Origin: an uncultured Oscillospiraceae bacterium
GTDB lineage: Bacteria > Bacillota > Clostridia > Christensenellales > Aristaeellaceae
DNA length: 64,000 nucleotides
Direction: 5' to 3'
Assembly: GCA_964522425.1 (NCBI GenBank)
Contig: CAZFUT010000003.1
Coordinates: 452 to 64,451, forward strand
Part shown: positions 35,669 through 45,831 of the stretch, one piece after another
Position numbering within the stretch: the first letter of the stretch is position 1
Layout: every line of letters starts with the position of its first letter
The notes under the pieces: model-generated
Seen by the model: the letters and a program-made list of their open reading frames with translations, nothing else
Databases searched by the model: none
What the model was told of the DNA's origin: nothing
Program-made: the position numbers and the translations under genes

Positions 35669-35697
35669 ATTTTACCATAAATTGAATTTTGGAACAA
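35669..35697 (-). promoter_or_regulatory. candidate promoter of the secreted-protein/prs-like operon
   Basis: Minus strand: TTGTTC, 17 nt, TGgTAAAAT (extended -10). Confidence 0.45.
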
Positions 35698-35726
35698 CCT
35701 CCGCCTCGGCATACAAAACACCGTAA

Positions 35727-35755
35727 TTGACAAACAGGGAGCCATTGATTATCAT
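35727..35755 (+). promoter_or_regulatory. promoter of ppiB-zapA-U32-mutS2
   Basis: TTGACA (35727-35732), 17 nt, TATCAT (35750-35755). The TTG used as a start in the ORF track is the -35 box. Confidence 0.5.
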
Positions 35756-35783
35756 GTTTTCAAACAAAAACGGAGGAAACAGT

Positions 35784-36317
35784 ATGAGTGCGTTTCAAAA
35801 TCCCCGGTTCCTCATCACCATGGCGGACGGCAGTACCATGGAAGGTGAACTGTATCCCGATATCGCGCCCGAATCCGTGGGCAATTTTATCAGCCTTGCA
35901 AACAGCGGCTTTTATAACGGTCTTATCTTTCACCGCGTCATTCCGGGCTTCATGATTCAGGGCGGCTGCCCGGACGGCACCGGCATGGGCGGCCCCGGCT
36001 ACTGCATCAAGGGTGAGTTTTTGTCCAACGGCTGCCCCAATCCCCTGAAGCATACCAAGGGCGTGCTCAGCATGGCACGCAGCATGATGAAGGATTCCGC
36101 AGGCTCGCAGTTTTTCATTATGACCGGTGTTTCACCGCATCTGGACGGCGATTACGCCGCCTTTGGCAAGGTGACCAAGGGCTTTGAAACGGCCGACGCC
36201 ATCGTCAATGCCCCCACCGACGGAAGAGACAGGCCGCTGGAAGACCAGGTGATACAGTCGATAACCGTCACCGTGGACGAAGGAGCCGCCTATCCTTTCC
36301 GGAAACTGAAGAGATGA
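35784..36317 (+). CDS. ppiB: peptidyl-prolyl cis-trans isomerase, cyclophilin type
   Basis: Start at MSAFQNPRF (ACGGAGGA SD). FHRVIPGFMIQGGCP, SMARS...SAGSQFFI. Confidence 0.9.
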   Translation: MSAFQNPRFLITMADGSTMEGELYPDIAPESVGNFISLANSGFYNGLIFHRVIPGFMIQGGCPDGTGMGGPGYCIKGEFLSNGCPNPLKHTKGVLSMARSMMKDSAGSQFFIMTGVSPHLDGDYAAFGKVTKGFETADAIVNAPTDGRDRPLEDQVIQSITVTVDEGAAYPFRKLKR

Positions 36318-36580
36318 GCGATCAGGAAAAAACGTATGACGTATTCCTGCTGGGGCGCCGCCTGAAGCTGCGCTCCCGCGAAAGCGAAGCGCACATACAG
36401 CGCGTCGTCAGCATGACGGAGCGCGCCGTTTCAGAGATCATGCTGGCCAGCCGCCATATCACCTACGAAACAGCCGTCAGCGCCGCCGCCCTTCGTTTTG
36501 CCGAAGAAACGCTGTTCCTCAAGGACGACGTCATGCGTTTACGCAGAGAATTAGATGAATACACCGCAGCAAAAAGTTGA
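36314..36580 (+). CDS. zapA: cell division protein ZapA-like
   Basis: 88 aa. Y.V.LLGRRLKLRS.ES.AHIQRV, then a C-terminal coiled coil. The size and the position before U32/mutS2 genes are typical. ATGA overlap with ppiB. Confidence 0.55.
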   Translation: MSDQEKTYDVFLLGRRLKLRSRESEAHIQRVVSMTERAVSEIMLASRHITYETAVSAAALRFAEETLFLKDDVMRLRRELDEYTAAKS

Positions 36581-38909
36581 GCTACTGGCCCCGGCGGGCA
36601 ATATGGACTGTCTGTGGGCGGCCGTCAACAACGGCGCGGACGCTGTCTATTTAGGGGCGTCCGCGTTTGGCGCGCGTTCCTCCGCCGGCTTCGATCAAAG
36701 CGCGCTGTGCGAGGCGGTGCGCATCGCGCACTTTTTCCATCGCAGGGTCTATGTAACCGTCAATACGCTGGTCAAGCAAAGCGAATGGGAAAAGCTGACG
36801 GAAGTGTTGGATGCCGTTGCACATTCCGGCGCGGACGCCGTGCTGGTACAGGATATCGGCATCCTTCGCTATATCAAGCGCGTTTACCCCGATTTCCCGG
36901 TACACGCCAGCACGCAGATGAGCCTGTACAGCGCCCTCGGCGCACAGGCTGCCAGGCGTCTGGGGATCGACCGCGTCGTGCTTGCCCGCGAAGCCGCATT
37001 AAACACCATACGGGAAACGGCAGGGACCGGCATCGAAACGGAAGTGTTCGTCCATGGCGCGCTCTGTGTTTCCATGAGCGGGCAATGCGCGTTTTCCGCC
37101 ATGATCGGCGGACGCAGCGGCAACCGTGGGCGCTGCGCCCAGGCCTGCAGGCTTGAATACGCTTACAGAGGGCAAAAAGGCGCATGGCTGTCGCCGCGCG
37201 ATACCTGCATGGTGGAAAATCTGCCCGCCCTCGTAAACGCCGGGGTCCGCAGCCTTAAAATCGAAGGGCGGCTGAAGCGGCCGGAGTATGTAGCGGTTGT
37301 CGTGCAGGAGTATCGAAGCGCCTTGGAAAAAGCGTACAGCGGCTCCAAGGCCCGCCCCGGCGCGTCGGATGCGCTGAAACAGATCTTCCATCGCGGCGGT
37401 TTCAGCAAGGGCTATGCCTTTGGCGCGGAGGATGCAGCCGTCATCCATCCCCTCCATGTATCGCATGAAGGAATACCGATCGGCAAGGTGCTCCGCATTC
37501 GCCCCATGATGGATAAATATCTGGCCGCCGTTCATCTGACGCTGCCCCTGCACGATCAGGACGGGCTTGAAGTGCGGGGCACACAGGCCGCCGGCGTCCT
37601 TTATTCGGGCAAGGATGTCCCCGCGGGAGAAATCGTCGAGATCCGCGTGCATACTCCCTGTGCGGCAGGCGATATGGTGTACCGCCTGCATGACGCGCAG
37701 CAGCTGGATGCCGCCCGTCTTACGCTGGTTCCTTCCGCCGCCCCGCCCGTCGAGGTGTCGGCCTGGCTTGTTTTGGACATCGCCCGCCCCGCGCAGCTTA
37801 CCATATCGGACGGTCAAACCGCCTGTACCTGCAAGGGCGCGGTGGTGCAGCCCGCCGAAAAAGCACCGCTCAGCAGGGAAACCATTGAACGCGCGCTAAG
37901 GAAAACAGGCGAGCTGCCCATCAGCGTCACAAACATCGCCATCCGGCAGGATGCCCCCGCCTTCCTTGCCGCATCGCAGCTTAACCAATTGCGGCGCGAC
38001 ACGCTGCAATGCTTCGTGAAAAAACGCAGCAGCGCCTTTTCAAGGCCGAAGGCAGCAAACAGCTACCAGACTTCCGGCACAGCGCTCACCGATCAGCAAA
38101 CCTTGCCCGGCATCACCGTGCAGTGTTCCGATATCGGGCGGATCAACGCCTTAAAAGAAGCCGGTGCCCATCGTTTCTTTTTAGCGCCCACCGAATATGA
38201 TACAGCCTTCCTTGAAAAATCGCTTCCGCTGCTTTCAGACGATGATGCGCTGGTGCTGCCCCGGCAGATATCCGACGCTGCGCTGATCAAGGTACACGCG
38301 TTCGCCAAGCGCTGGCATACATCCGTTGTTCTCAATAATTTAGGGCATATGAGCCTTGCCTGGCCGAACAGGATATACGCAGGAAGCGGCCTTTATATCT
38401 GGAATATGGAAAGCCTCCGCTTTATGCGCGAGCAGGGCTTTGCAGCCTGCACATTGCCGCGTGAGCTGACGTTAAACGAGTTGGAAGATTTGCCCAATGA
38501 CGTCCTGCCGCTCACGTTGCCTGTCTATGGGCGCTATCCGCTGATGGTGCTGAACCACTGTCCCGAAAGAGCGTTCCGCGGCTGCACAAAAGGGCATGAG
38601 CATTGTACGTTCTGTAAGCAGGGCGCCGGCACCAAAGGCCAGTCGCTGACCGACAGGTGCGGCGCCGCTTTTCCCCTGTACCCCATCCATTTGCCTGAAG
38701 GCTGCATCAATTATCTCTTGGACGCAAAGCCCCTTCATCTTTCTTACCGCGCGCCCAAACGCTTTGCGTGGCTGCTTCATTTCACCGATGAATCCGCGCA
38801 GCAATGCATCGATATCACCCGCCATTATGCCGGCCTGATCGATGATCGTCCGCCCACGGCGCTCCATACGCCGCTGTTTATCGGACGCTATGAGGCCGGT
38901 GTCGAATAA
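36555..38909 (+). CDS. peptidase U32 family protein (long form)
   Basis: 784 aa. ELLAPAGN start and U32 signature EVFVHGALCVSMSGQC. Confidence 0.85.
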   Translation: MNTPQQKVELLAPAGNMDCLWAAVNNGADAVYLGASAFGARSSAGFDQSALCEAVRIAHFFHRRVYVTVNTLVKQSEWEKLTEVLDAVAHSGADAVLVQDIGILRYIKRVYPDFPVHASTQMSLYSALGAQAARRLGIDRVVLAREAALNTIRETAGTGIETEVFVHGALCVSMSGQCAFSAMIGGRSGNRGRCAQACRLEYAYRGQKGAWLSPRDTCMVENLPALVNAGVRSLKIEGRLKRPEYVAVVVQEYRSALEKAYSGSKARPGASDALKQIFHRGGFSKGYAFGAEDAAVIHPLHVSHEGIPIGKVLRIRPMMDKYLAAVHLTLPLHDQDGLEVRGTQAAGVLYSGKDVPAGEIVEIRVHTPCAAGDMVYRLHDAQQLDAARLTLVPSAAPPVEVSAWLVLDIARPAQLTISDGQTACTCKGAVVQPAEKAPLSRETIERALRKTGELPISVTNIAIRQDAPAFLAASQLNQLRRDTLQCFVKKRSSAFSRPKAANSYQTSGTALTDQQTLPGITVQCSDIGRINALKEAGAHRFFLAPTEYDTAFLEKSLPLLSDDDALVLPRQISDAALIKVHAFAKRWHTSVVLNNLGHMSLAWPNRIYAGSGLYIWNMESLRFMREQGFAACTLPRELTLNELEDLPNDVLPLTLPVYGRYPLMVLNHCPERAFRGCTKGHEHCTFCKQGAGTKGQSLTDRCGAAFPLYPIHLPEGCINYLLDAKPLHLSYRAPKRFAWLLHFTDESAQQCIDITRHYAGLIDDRPPTALHTPLFIGRYEAGVE

Positions 38910-38921
38910 AGGAGTTTTTAC

Positions 38922-41273
38922 ATGAACGAACGTGCCCTCCGCGTACTTGAATTTCATAAAATACGGGAGCAGCTTGCGGAGTTCGCCGCCTCCGAGCTTG
39001 GGAAAGAACAATGTCTGGCGCTGGAGCCGCTGAGCGCATTGGACGCAGCCAACCGCGCGCAGCAGGAGACGGAAGAGTCCCTTTATGTGCTGTCCTATCG
39101 CGGCGATAGCCCGATTCCCTATTCCACCGATGTTCGTCCTTGGCTTCAGCGCGCGGAAAAAGGCGCCGTCCTTTCCCCGCGTATGCTGCTGGATATCGCC
39201 TGCTCCCTGCAGGCGGCACGGCAGACGCGCGCCGCGCTGACCAGTGACAGCGAATATATGGCGCTGCTTTCCGCCATGGCGTCCCGCCTGCAGCCCATCC
39301 GCACATTGGAAACGGATATTCTGGAATCCATCATCAGCGAAGAGCAGATCGCCGATCAGGCAAGCGCCGAGCTGGCCGGCATCCGCAGGCAGATCCGGCT
39401 GTGCAACGACAGGGTGCGCGACAAGCTGAACAATTTAATCCATCAGCCATCCTATGCCAAATACCTGCAGGAGTCCCTTATCACCGTGCGCAACGGACGA
39501 TACGTCATCCCCGTCCGGCAGGAATACCGCCAAAACATCCCGGGGCTCGTGCACGATCAATCCTCCAGCGGCGCAACGCTGTTCATAGAACCCATTGCGC
39601 TGGTCGAGCTGGGTAACGAGTTGAAGCAATGGACGGCAAAGGAGGAGCAGGAGATCGAGCGCATATTGGCCGCCTTCTCCGCCAAGGCAGCGGACAGCGC
39701 GGATATCATCGCAAACAACGTCCGGCTGCTCGGCCAGCTTGACTTTATCTTTGCCAAAGCCCGCCTCGCCCAGGCCATGGACGCCGTTCGTCCCAAACTA
39801 AACGACCTGGGCTATATCCGTCTGATCAAAGTACGCCATCCCCTGATCCCCAAAGAGGCGGTCGTGCCGTGCGACCTATGGTTGGGGGACGATTTTACCA
39901 CCCTCATCATCACCGGCCCCAACACAGGCGGCAAAACCGTTGCGCTCAAAACCGTGGGACTTATGACGCTGATGGCGCAATCCGGCCTCCATGTGCCGGG
40001 GGCCCTGGGCACGGAATGTTCCCTCTTTAACGAGGTATACGCCGATATCGGCGATGAACAGAGCATCGAGCAGTCCCTTTCCACCTTTTCTTCCCACATG
40101 ACCAACATCGTCAGCATACTGGAGGAGGTCGAAAAAAACAGCCTTGTGCTGTTCGATGAATTGGGCGCGGGCACCGACCCGACGGAGGGCGCGGCTTTGG
40201 CGCAGGCCATTCTGGCGCGCCTTAAAAAGCATGATATCCGCACCGTCGCCACCACCCATTACAGCGAGCTGAAGGCCTTTGCCCTGACAACGGAGGGCAT
40301 CGAAAACGCCAGCGTCGAGTTTGATGTCGCCACCCTGCGCCCCACCTATCGCTTGTCCATCGGCATTCCCGGAAAATCAAACGCCTTTGATATCTCCAAG
40401 CGCCTCGGCTTAAGCGAAAGCTTGATCAAAAAAGCCCAGACCCTCCTGAGCGCCGAAAGCGTTCGTTTTGAGGATGTGATCGCCAACGCCGAATACCACC
40501 GCCAAATCGCCGAAAAAGAGCGCAAAATGGCCACCGATATGATGGAGGAAGCGGCCTCCATCCGCAGAAGCGCCGAAAAGCTTCAGCGCGAAGCGGATGA
40601 AAAGTATCAAAACATCCAGAAAAAGGCCAAGGAAGACGCGCGGAAGCTGCTGGAAAAAACCAGGCGTGAAAGCGCCTCCATCATGGCCGAACTAAAGCTG
40701 CTCAAGGATACGGGCGGCCGCAGCGCGCACGCCTTATCCCAAATCAACCGCCGCCTCACCGACGCTGAGGATGCGCTTTCGGAAACCTTACAGCGCTCCA
40801 ATGAAAACGGCGGCCTTTCCGCCAAAGACATTAAAGCGGGCGATGCCGTGTTGTTTTCCGACCTCGGCACGCCCGCCACCGTTCTGTCTCTGCCGGACGC
40901 CAAGGGCGAAGTCATGATACAGGCCGGCATCATCAAAATGAAGGTGTCCGTATCACAGCTTAAGCGGGATCAATCCAGGAAAAAAGAGAGCAGGACCAGC
41001 GTGCATTCCAAGCTGAGCGGCGATAGAAAGGTGTCCATGGAATGCGATGTCCGGGGCCTGTCGCTTGACGAAGCCCTGCTGGACGTAGATAATTACCTTG
41101 ACATGGCCGTGATGAACGGGCTCAATGAAGTTTCCATCATCCACGGCAAAGGCACGGGCACGCTGCGCAGCGGCATCCAGAAGCACTTGAAGCAGCTGCC
41201 CGGCGTGAAAAGCTATCGCCTCGGCGTATACGGAGAAGGCGAAGACGGCGTTACCGTGGTTACACTGAAATAA
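38922..41273 (+). CDS. mutS2: endonuclease MutS2
   Basis: 783 aa. ITGPNTGGKT Walker A, LFDELGAGTDP, and a C-terminal Smr domain (CDVRGL..DEAL...IIHGKGTGTLR). Confidence 0.95.
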   Translation: MNERALRVLEFHKIREQLAEFAASELGKEQCLALEPLSALDAANRAQQETEESLYVLSYRGDSPIPYSTDVRPWLQRAEKGAVLSPRMLLDIACSLQAARQTRAALTSDSEYMALLSAMASRLQPIRTLETDILESIISEEQIADQASAELAGIRRQIRLCNDRVRDKLNNLIHQPSYAKYLQESLITVRNGRYVIPVRQEYRQNIPGLVHDQSSSGATLFIEPIALVELGNELKQWTAKEEQEIERILAAFSAKAADSADIIANNVRLLGQLDFIFAKARLAQAMDAVRPKLNDLGYIRLIKVRHPLIPKEAVVPCDLWLGDDFTTLIITGPNTGGKTVALKTVGLMTLMAQSGLHVPGALGTECSLFNEVYADIGDEQSIEQSLSTFSSHMTNIVSILEEVEKNSLVLFDELGAGTDPTEGAALAQAILARLKKHDIRTVATTHYSELKAFALTTEGIENASVEFDVATLRPTYRLSIGIPGKSNAFDISKRLGLSESLIKKAQTLLSAESVRFEDVIANAEYHRQIAEKERKMATDMMEEAASIRRSAEKLQREADEKYQNIQKKAKEDARKLLEKTRRESASIMAELKLLKDTGGRSAHALSQINRRLTDAEDALSETLQRSNENGGLSAKDIKAGDAVLFSDLGTPATVLSLPDAKGEVMIQAGIIKMKVSVSQLKRDQSRKKESRTSVHSKLSGDRKVSMECDVRGLSLDEALLDVDNYLDMAVMNGLNEVSIIHGKGTGTLRSGIQKHLKQLPGVKSYRLGVYGEGEDGVTVVTLK

Positions 41274-41286
41274 AGGAGGGTGTTCC

Positions 41287-41973
41287 ATGCCCGGTCAGCA
41301 GATCATGATCGTCGATGACGATAAGAATATCGCACAGCTTATCCGGCTGTATCTTGAAAAGGAGGGTTTCAGCGTACTAAGCTTCGAAAGGGGCGACGAG
41401 GCGCTGGAGGCGTTCAAACGAAATCCGCCCGCGCTGATGCTGCTGGATATCATGCTGCCCGGTATGGACGGCTGGCAGGTCTGCCGCGCCGTGCGCCAGA
41501 TCAGCTCTATCCCCATCATCATGCTGTCGGCCAAAAACGAAACATTTGATAAGGTACTGGGGCTTGAACTGGGCGCGGACGATTACATGACAAAGCCCTT
41601 CGACTCCAAGGAGCTGATTGCCCGCGTCAAGGCGGTTCTGCGGCGCGGGGCCGCGGCCGCCTCCGAGCAGGAGGCGCTGTCCTTTCCCGGCCTTACCATC
41701 AGCATGGAAAAATACGCCGTCACCTATCAGGGCAAGGCGCTGGAAATGCCCCCCAAGGAATTGGAACTGCTTTATTTTCTCGCCTCCCATCAAAACCATG
41801 TCTTTACCAGAGAGCAGCTGCTTGAAAAGGTCTGGGGTTTTGATTATTTCGGCGACAGCAGAACGGTAGATGTGCACGTAAAACGCATCCGCGAAAAGCT
41901 GCAGGACAGCGAGCAGCTCGGATGGCAGATCAAAACCGTATGGAGCGTCGGCTATAAATTCGAGGTAAACTGA
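41287..41973 (+). CDS. OmpR-family response regulator
   Basis: 228 aa. Receiver domain (IVDDD, LLDIMLPGMDG, SAK) plus a winged-helix trans_reg_C (TVDVHVKRIREKL, VWSVGYKF). Confidence 0.9.
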   Translation: MPGQQIMIVDDDKNIAQLIRLYLEKEGFSVLSFERGDEALEAFKRNPPALMLLDIMLPGMDGWQVCRAVRQISSIPIIMLSAKNETFDKVLGLELGADDYMTKPFDSKELIARVKAVLRRGAAAASEQEALSFPGLTISMEKYAVTYQGKALEMPPKELELLYFLASHQNHVFTREQLLEKVWGFDYFGDSRTVDVHVKRIREKLQDSEQLGWQIKTVWSVGYKFEVN

Positions 41974-43439
41974 TGCTCAAAAAGCGCAGTACATTCTATT
42001 ATCTGATGCGCAGCAACGTGCTGATCGTGCTGCTGTGTTCGGCGCTGCTGTTCAGTTTGACTTTCTATACCGTGCGCACCGTTCAAATAGAAAACCGCAT
42101 GGATGCGCTCAGCTCCAAAGCGCAGGATATTGCCGGGCTGGCCAGTTTGATCATGGTGCAGCAAAGCGATCCGCTGCTCAGCGTCGCTTCTTCGCCCGTT
42201 AAAAGGCTGCTCGAAGAAAAAATGCGGGCGCTGTATCAGGAGTATTCCGCCTACTGCCTCATCGTTGACCGTTCCGGCCAGATCACCACGTATTTTCTTT
42301 CCATGCTGGATGAGCATCAGGAACTGAAAACCAATTTCGATGCCGCCAATATTGTTTCAACGCTGCAAAAGGTGCTGGGCGGCGAAAACATCATCACTCA
42401 GAACAATACGTCCTTCGGCCCCATGTTTACAGTCGCCGTCCCCCTGCACTATAACCAGCGGGTGCTGGGGGCTGTTTACATACAGACCGCCGCGCAGACC
42501 GTACACAAAGCATACCAGGGCCTGGGCCTGACCATCGGCGTCAGCGCGATGCTGATCAGTATGGTGGCGGCGCTGTACAGCTGGCATTTCAACAAGCGCC
42601 TTACCGAGCCATTAACGCAGATGGCGGGGGCCGCGCGCGAGGTCGCGTCCGGGCGTTTCGGCAAGCAGGTGGATGAAGCCGGCACGCGCGAAATGGTCGA
42701 GCTTTCCGGTGCTTTCAACCTGATGAGCCGCCAGCTGCAAGAAACGGAGCAGACGCGCCGCGATTTTCTGGCCAACGTTTCCCACGAGCTCAGTTCCCCC
42801 ATCACCAACATCCAGGGCTTCGTTCAGGGGGTTTTAGACGGCACGATAGAGGAGCAGGACAAGAAAAAATACCTCGGCATCGTCCTTGACGAAACCAAGC
42901 GCATCGGCAAGCTTGTTTCCGGCCTTCTTTCGCTGTCCCGCATGGAAAGCGAATACGCCCTGCACCGCACGGTGTTTGACATACACGAATTGATACGGCG
43001 TGTCGTCATCACAAAGATGAACGCCATCGAAGAAAAAAAGCACGAGCTCAATTTAAGCTTTGATGAAAACCCGCTGTATGTGCGCGCCGACCGCGACAGC
43101 ATTGAGCAGGTCATCATCAACCTGATGGATAACGCCATCAAATATACGCCCGCGGGCGGCGAAATCGCCGTGCAGACGGAGGATCAAGCAGATCATATAT
43201 CCGTTACGCTGCGGGACAACGGCATCGGTATACTGCCCGAAGACGCGCCGCATATATTCGACCGCTTCTATATGGCGGAAAAAGCCCATACCTCCGGCAA
43301 AGGCACAGGGCTGGGGCTGGCGATCTGCCAGAAAATTCTCGAAAAGCACGGGCAGCGCATTGCGCTCTTGCCGACAGACCACGGCACGGCGTTCCGGTTC
43401 ACATTGGAGAAAGCGAAGGAGCCTCTCCATGAAGCTTAA
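41973..43439 (+). CDS. sensor histidine kinase (two TM, HAMP, HisKA, HATPase_c)
   Basis: 488 aa. H-box FLANVSHELSSPIT, N-box NLMDNAIKYT, G-boxes DNGIGI / GTGLGLAI. 1-nt overlap with the response regulator gene. Confidence 0.9.
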   Translation: MLKKRSTFYYLMRSNVLIVLLCSALLFSLTFYTVRTVQIENRMDALSSKAQDIAGLASLIMVQQSDPLLSVASSPVKRLLEEKMRALYQEYSAYCLIVDRSGQITTYFLSMLDEHQELKTNFDAANIVSTLQKVLGGENIITQNNTSFGPMFTVAVPLHYNQRVLGAVYIQTAAQTVHKAYQGLGLTIGVSAMLISMVAALYSWHFNKRLTEPLTQMAGAAREVASGRFGKQVDEAGTREMVELSGAFNLMSRQLQETEQTRRDFLANVSHELSSPITNIQGFVQGVLDGTIEEQDKKKYLGIVLDETKRIGKLVSGLLSLSRMESEYALHRTVFDIHELIRRVVITKMNAIEEKKHELNLSFDENPLYVRADRDSIEQVIINLMDNAIKYTPAGGEIAVQTEDQADHISVTLRDNGIGILPEDAPHIFDRFYMAEKAHTSGKGTGLGLAICQKILEKHGQRIALLPTDHGTAFRFTLEKAKEPLHEA

Positions 43440-44298
43440 GGCTTACGCAAAAATCAACTGGCATTTGAACGTGACCGGCAGGCGCGAGGACGGTTATCAT
43501 CTGCTGGATATGCTGATGCAGCCCATTTCTCTTGCCGACGATATTGTCTTGGAAAAAGCCGACGCCTTTCACCTGACGGTATCAAACGCTCCCTATATCC
43601 CCGCCACCAGGGATAATCTGGTGCTGCGCGCCGCCGCCGCGCTCAAAGAGCATAGCGGCGTCCCTTGTGCGGCGAACATTGACCTGATCAAGCATATTCC
43701 CGTAGGGGCCGGGCTGGGCGGCGGCAGCACGGACGCAGCCGCCGTTTTATGGGGATTAAATGAAATGTGGGGACTGCATTACAGCGCCGATGCGCTGGCT
43801 GATATCGGGCTGAAACTGGGCGCGGACATCCCCTTTTGCGTGTACGGAGGGTTTGCAAGGGTCAGGGGTATCGGGGAAAGCGTGCAGCCGCTGGGGCCTT
43901 TAAAGCCCTACTGGCTGGTCGTTATACAGCCCTGCTGCGGGCTTAGCACCAAAGAGGTGTTTTCGTCGCTGAATCTCGATCAGCCGGAGCTTAAAGAAAG
44001 GCAACTGGCAAACACCATGCGCGCCCTTCAAAATGCCGATTACACCCTGCTCAAGGCATCCATGCGCAATGATCTGCAGGAAACGTCACTTCGTTTAAGG
44101 CCGCAGATCGCCCATGCCATTCACAGCCTGTATGAAAGCGGCGCCAGAGCCGCCATGATGTCCGGCTCCGGATCCGCTGTGTTCGGCGTATTCAATGGCT
44201 ATCAGGCCGCCGCCTCCGCCCACCGCTCGCTCTCAAAAAAGTACCGCACCTGCCATGTCTGCAGCACCCTTAGCGGCGCACAGCCTCCTATTGTCTGA
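43429..44298 (+). CDS. ispE: 4-(cytidine 5'-diphospho)-2-C-methyl-D-erythritol kinase
   Basis: Start at MKLKAYAKINWHLNVTGRREDGYH. GHMP motif PVGAGLGGGSTDAAA, MSGSGSAVFG. Confidence 0.9.
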   Translation: MKLKAYAKINWHLNVTGRREDGYHLLDMLMQPISLADDIVLEKADAFHLTVSNAPYIPATRDNLVLRAAAALKEHSGVPCAANIDLIKHIPVGAGLGGGSTDAAAVLWGLNEMWGLHYSADALADIGLKLGADIPFCVYGGFARVRGIGESVQPLGPLKPYWLVVIQPCCGLSTKEVFSSLNLDQPELKERQLANTMRALQNADYTLLKASMRNDLQETSLRLRPQIAHAIHSLYESGARAAMMSGSGSAVFGVFNGYQAAASAHRSLSKKYRTCHVCSTLSGAQPPIV

Positions 44299-44767
44299 CC
44301 AGCTCATGCAGCGCCGTTAAATGGGTCAAAAGCGTTGTCCGAGCGTCCAGCGTCGAGGACGTAGCGGTTTGCAGCAGCTTTTCATAGGTGGATAAATCTT
44401 CATACAGCACATCCAGCGCCTCCTGCGGCACCAGCTCGCCGCCGCTGCCCGACAGGGATATGCTGATCGTGTTCAAGCGATCCATAAAGTACACGTTTTG
44501 CCGAACCAGCGCCAGTTTGGCGGAGGAATCGGACTGCACGCCGCTGGTCAAGCGGTTTACATTTTCTATGGCGTCCACCACAGCGCTCAGCACATGGCGC
44601 TTAAACTGCGTTTCGGCATTTTTCTGATAGACCACGCTGCGCGTATACAGAATGCCCAGCACCGCCACGGCAATGGCAAGCAGCGCAGCGGCAATCCTTA
44701 AAACCACATGGCGGCTGCCCTGATTTGTCGTAAACGATGTCGTCGTCCTTCGTGTTCTGGTGTACAT
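44288..44767 (-). CDS. hypothetical membrane-anchored protein
   Basis: Start trimmed to MYTRTRR (GAAGGAGGAAGGG SD). One TM helix (VLRIAAALLAIAVAVLGILY), then a helical extracytoplasmic part. Its 3' end overlaps ispE by 11 nt. Confidence 0.5.
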   Translation of the reverse strand: MYTRTRRTTTSFTTNQGSRHVVLRIAAALLAIAVAVLGILYTRSVVYQKNAETQFKRHVLSAVVDAIENVNRLTSGVQSDSSAKLALVRQNVYFMDRLNTISISLSGSGGELVPQEALDVLYEDLSTYEKLLQTATSSTLDARTTLLTHLTALHELVRQ

Positions 44768-44901
44768 GACCCTTCCTCCTTCGCACATAAACAGCATAGC
44801 ATAGTTCCGTTTAAACGTAAACACGGCTTTACAGTTTGTTCACCACTGTTGCTTTTTCGCGTGGTATACTGAAAAAGCATTCAAAGGAAAGGGCTTGGGC
44901 A

Positions 44902-45831
44902 ATGATCAACGTTTCCGGCATCTCAAAGTGTTTCGGCGCCGCGCGGGCGCTGAGCGATATTTCGTTTGCCCTGGGTGAACATCAGGTATTGGGGCTGCTG
45001 GGGGAAAACGGGGCCGGAAAAACAACGCTGCTCAACATCCTGTCGGGCTTTATCGAGCCGGACGCGGGAACGCTTACCGTCGGTTCTCTGCCGCTTCATA
45101 CGGCCGCCTACGACGCCAAGCGGCTGATCGGCTATCTGCCGGAAAATCCCCCGCTCTACTCCGACATGACGGTCAAAGAATATCTGCGCTTTTGCATCGA
45201 ATTAAAAGAGGTGATAAAAAAGGACAGGCAGCGGCATCTTGATGATATCGTCGCCCTGACCGGCCTTCGTGAGGTGGTTGAGCGCCGCATCGCGTTTCTC
45301 AGCCATGGCTATCAGCAGCGCCTCGGCCTTGCGCAGGCCCTGGCCGGCAGCCCGCCCGTATTGCTGCTGGACGAACCCACAAACGGGCTGGATCCCAGCC
45401 AGATCGTCGAATTCCGCCGCCTGATTGCTCAGCTTGCCCACAGGCACACCATTATTCTGTCATCCCACATCCTCAGCCTTATCCAGTCGATGTGCGGGCG
45501 TATCATCGTGCTGCATCGGGGCAGGCTGGTCGTCGATCGCGCGATGGACGCGGAAAGCCCCGTGTTCTCCGTGATTCTTGCCGCTTCTTCCAAAGCCGTG
45601 CTGCCGCTTGTGCGGGAGATGGAATCCGTTCAGCGTGTTTCCCTCGTCAGAGGCAACCACGAGCAGACGGAAATGCTGGTTGAAACAGCGCGTCCCGTAG
45701 AATTTCCAAGAAAGCTCTTCCTTCTTGCCTCCGCAAGGCAGTTACCCATCCTGCATCTTTCGCAACAAAAGGACACGCTGGAGGAAATCTATATCCGCGC
45801 CATCAAGGGACAGGAGGATGCCGTTTCATGA
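44902..45831 (+). CDS. ABC transporter ATP-binding protein (ABC-2 type)
   Basis: GENGAGKTT Walker A, LSHGYQQRL signature, LLLDEP Walker B. Confidence 0.9.
   Translation: MINVSGISKCFGAARALSDISFALGEHQVLGLLGENGAGKTTLLNILSGFIEPDAGTLTVGSLPLHTAAYDAKRLIGYLPENPPLYSDMTVKEYLRFCIELKEVIKKDRQRHLDDIVALTGLREVVERRIAFLSHGYQQRLGLAQALAGSPPVLLLDEPTNGLDPSQIVEFRRLIAQLAHRHTIILSSHILSLIQSMCGRIIVLHRGRLVVDRAMDAESPVFSVILAASSKAVLPLVREMESVQRVSLVRGNHEQTEMLVETARPVEFPRKLFLLASARQLPILHLSQQKDTLEEIYIRAIKGQEDAVS

Noticed and set aside
35727-35783. A TTG start at 35727 for the cyclophilin gene.
   Set aside because: That TTG is the first half of a TTGACA -35 box with a 17-nt spacer to TATCAT. The conserved protein starts at the ATG at 35784, behind ACGGAGGA.
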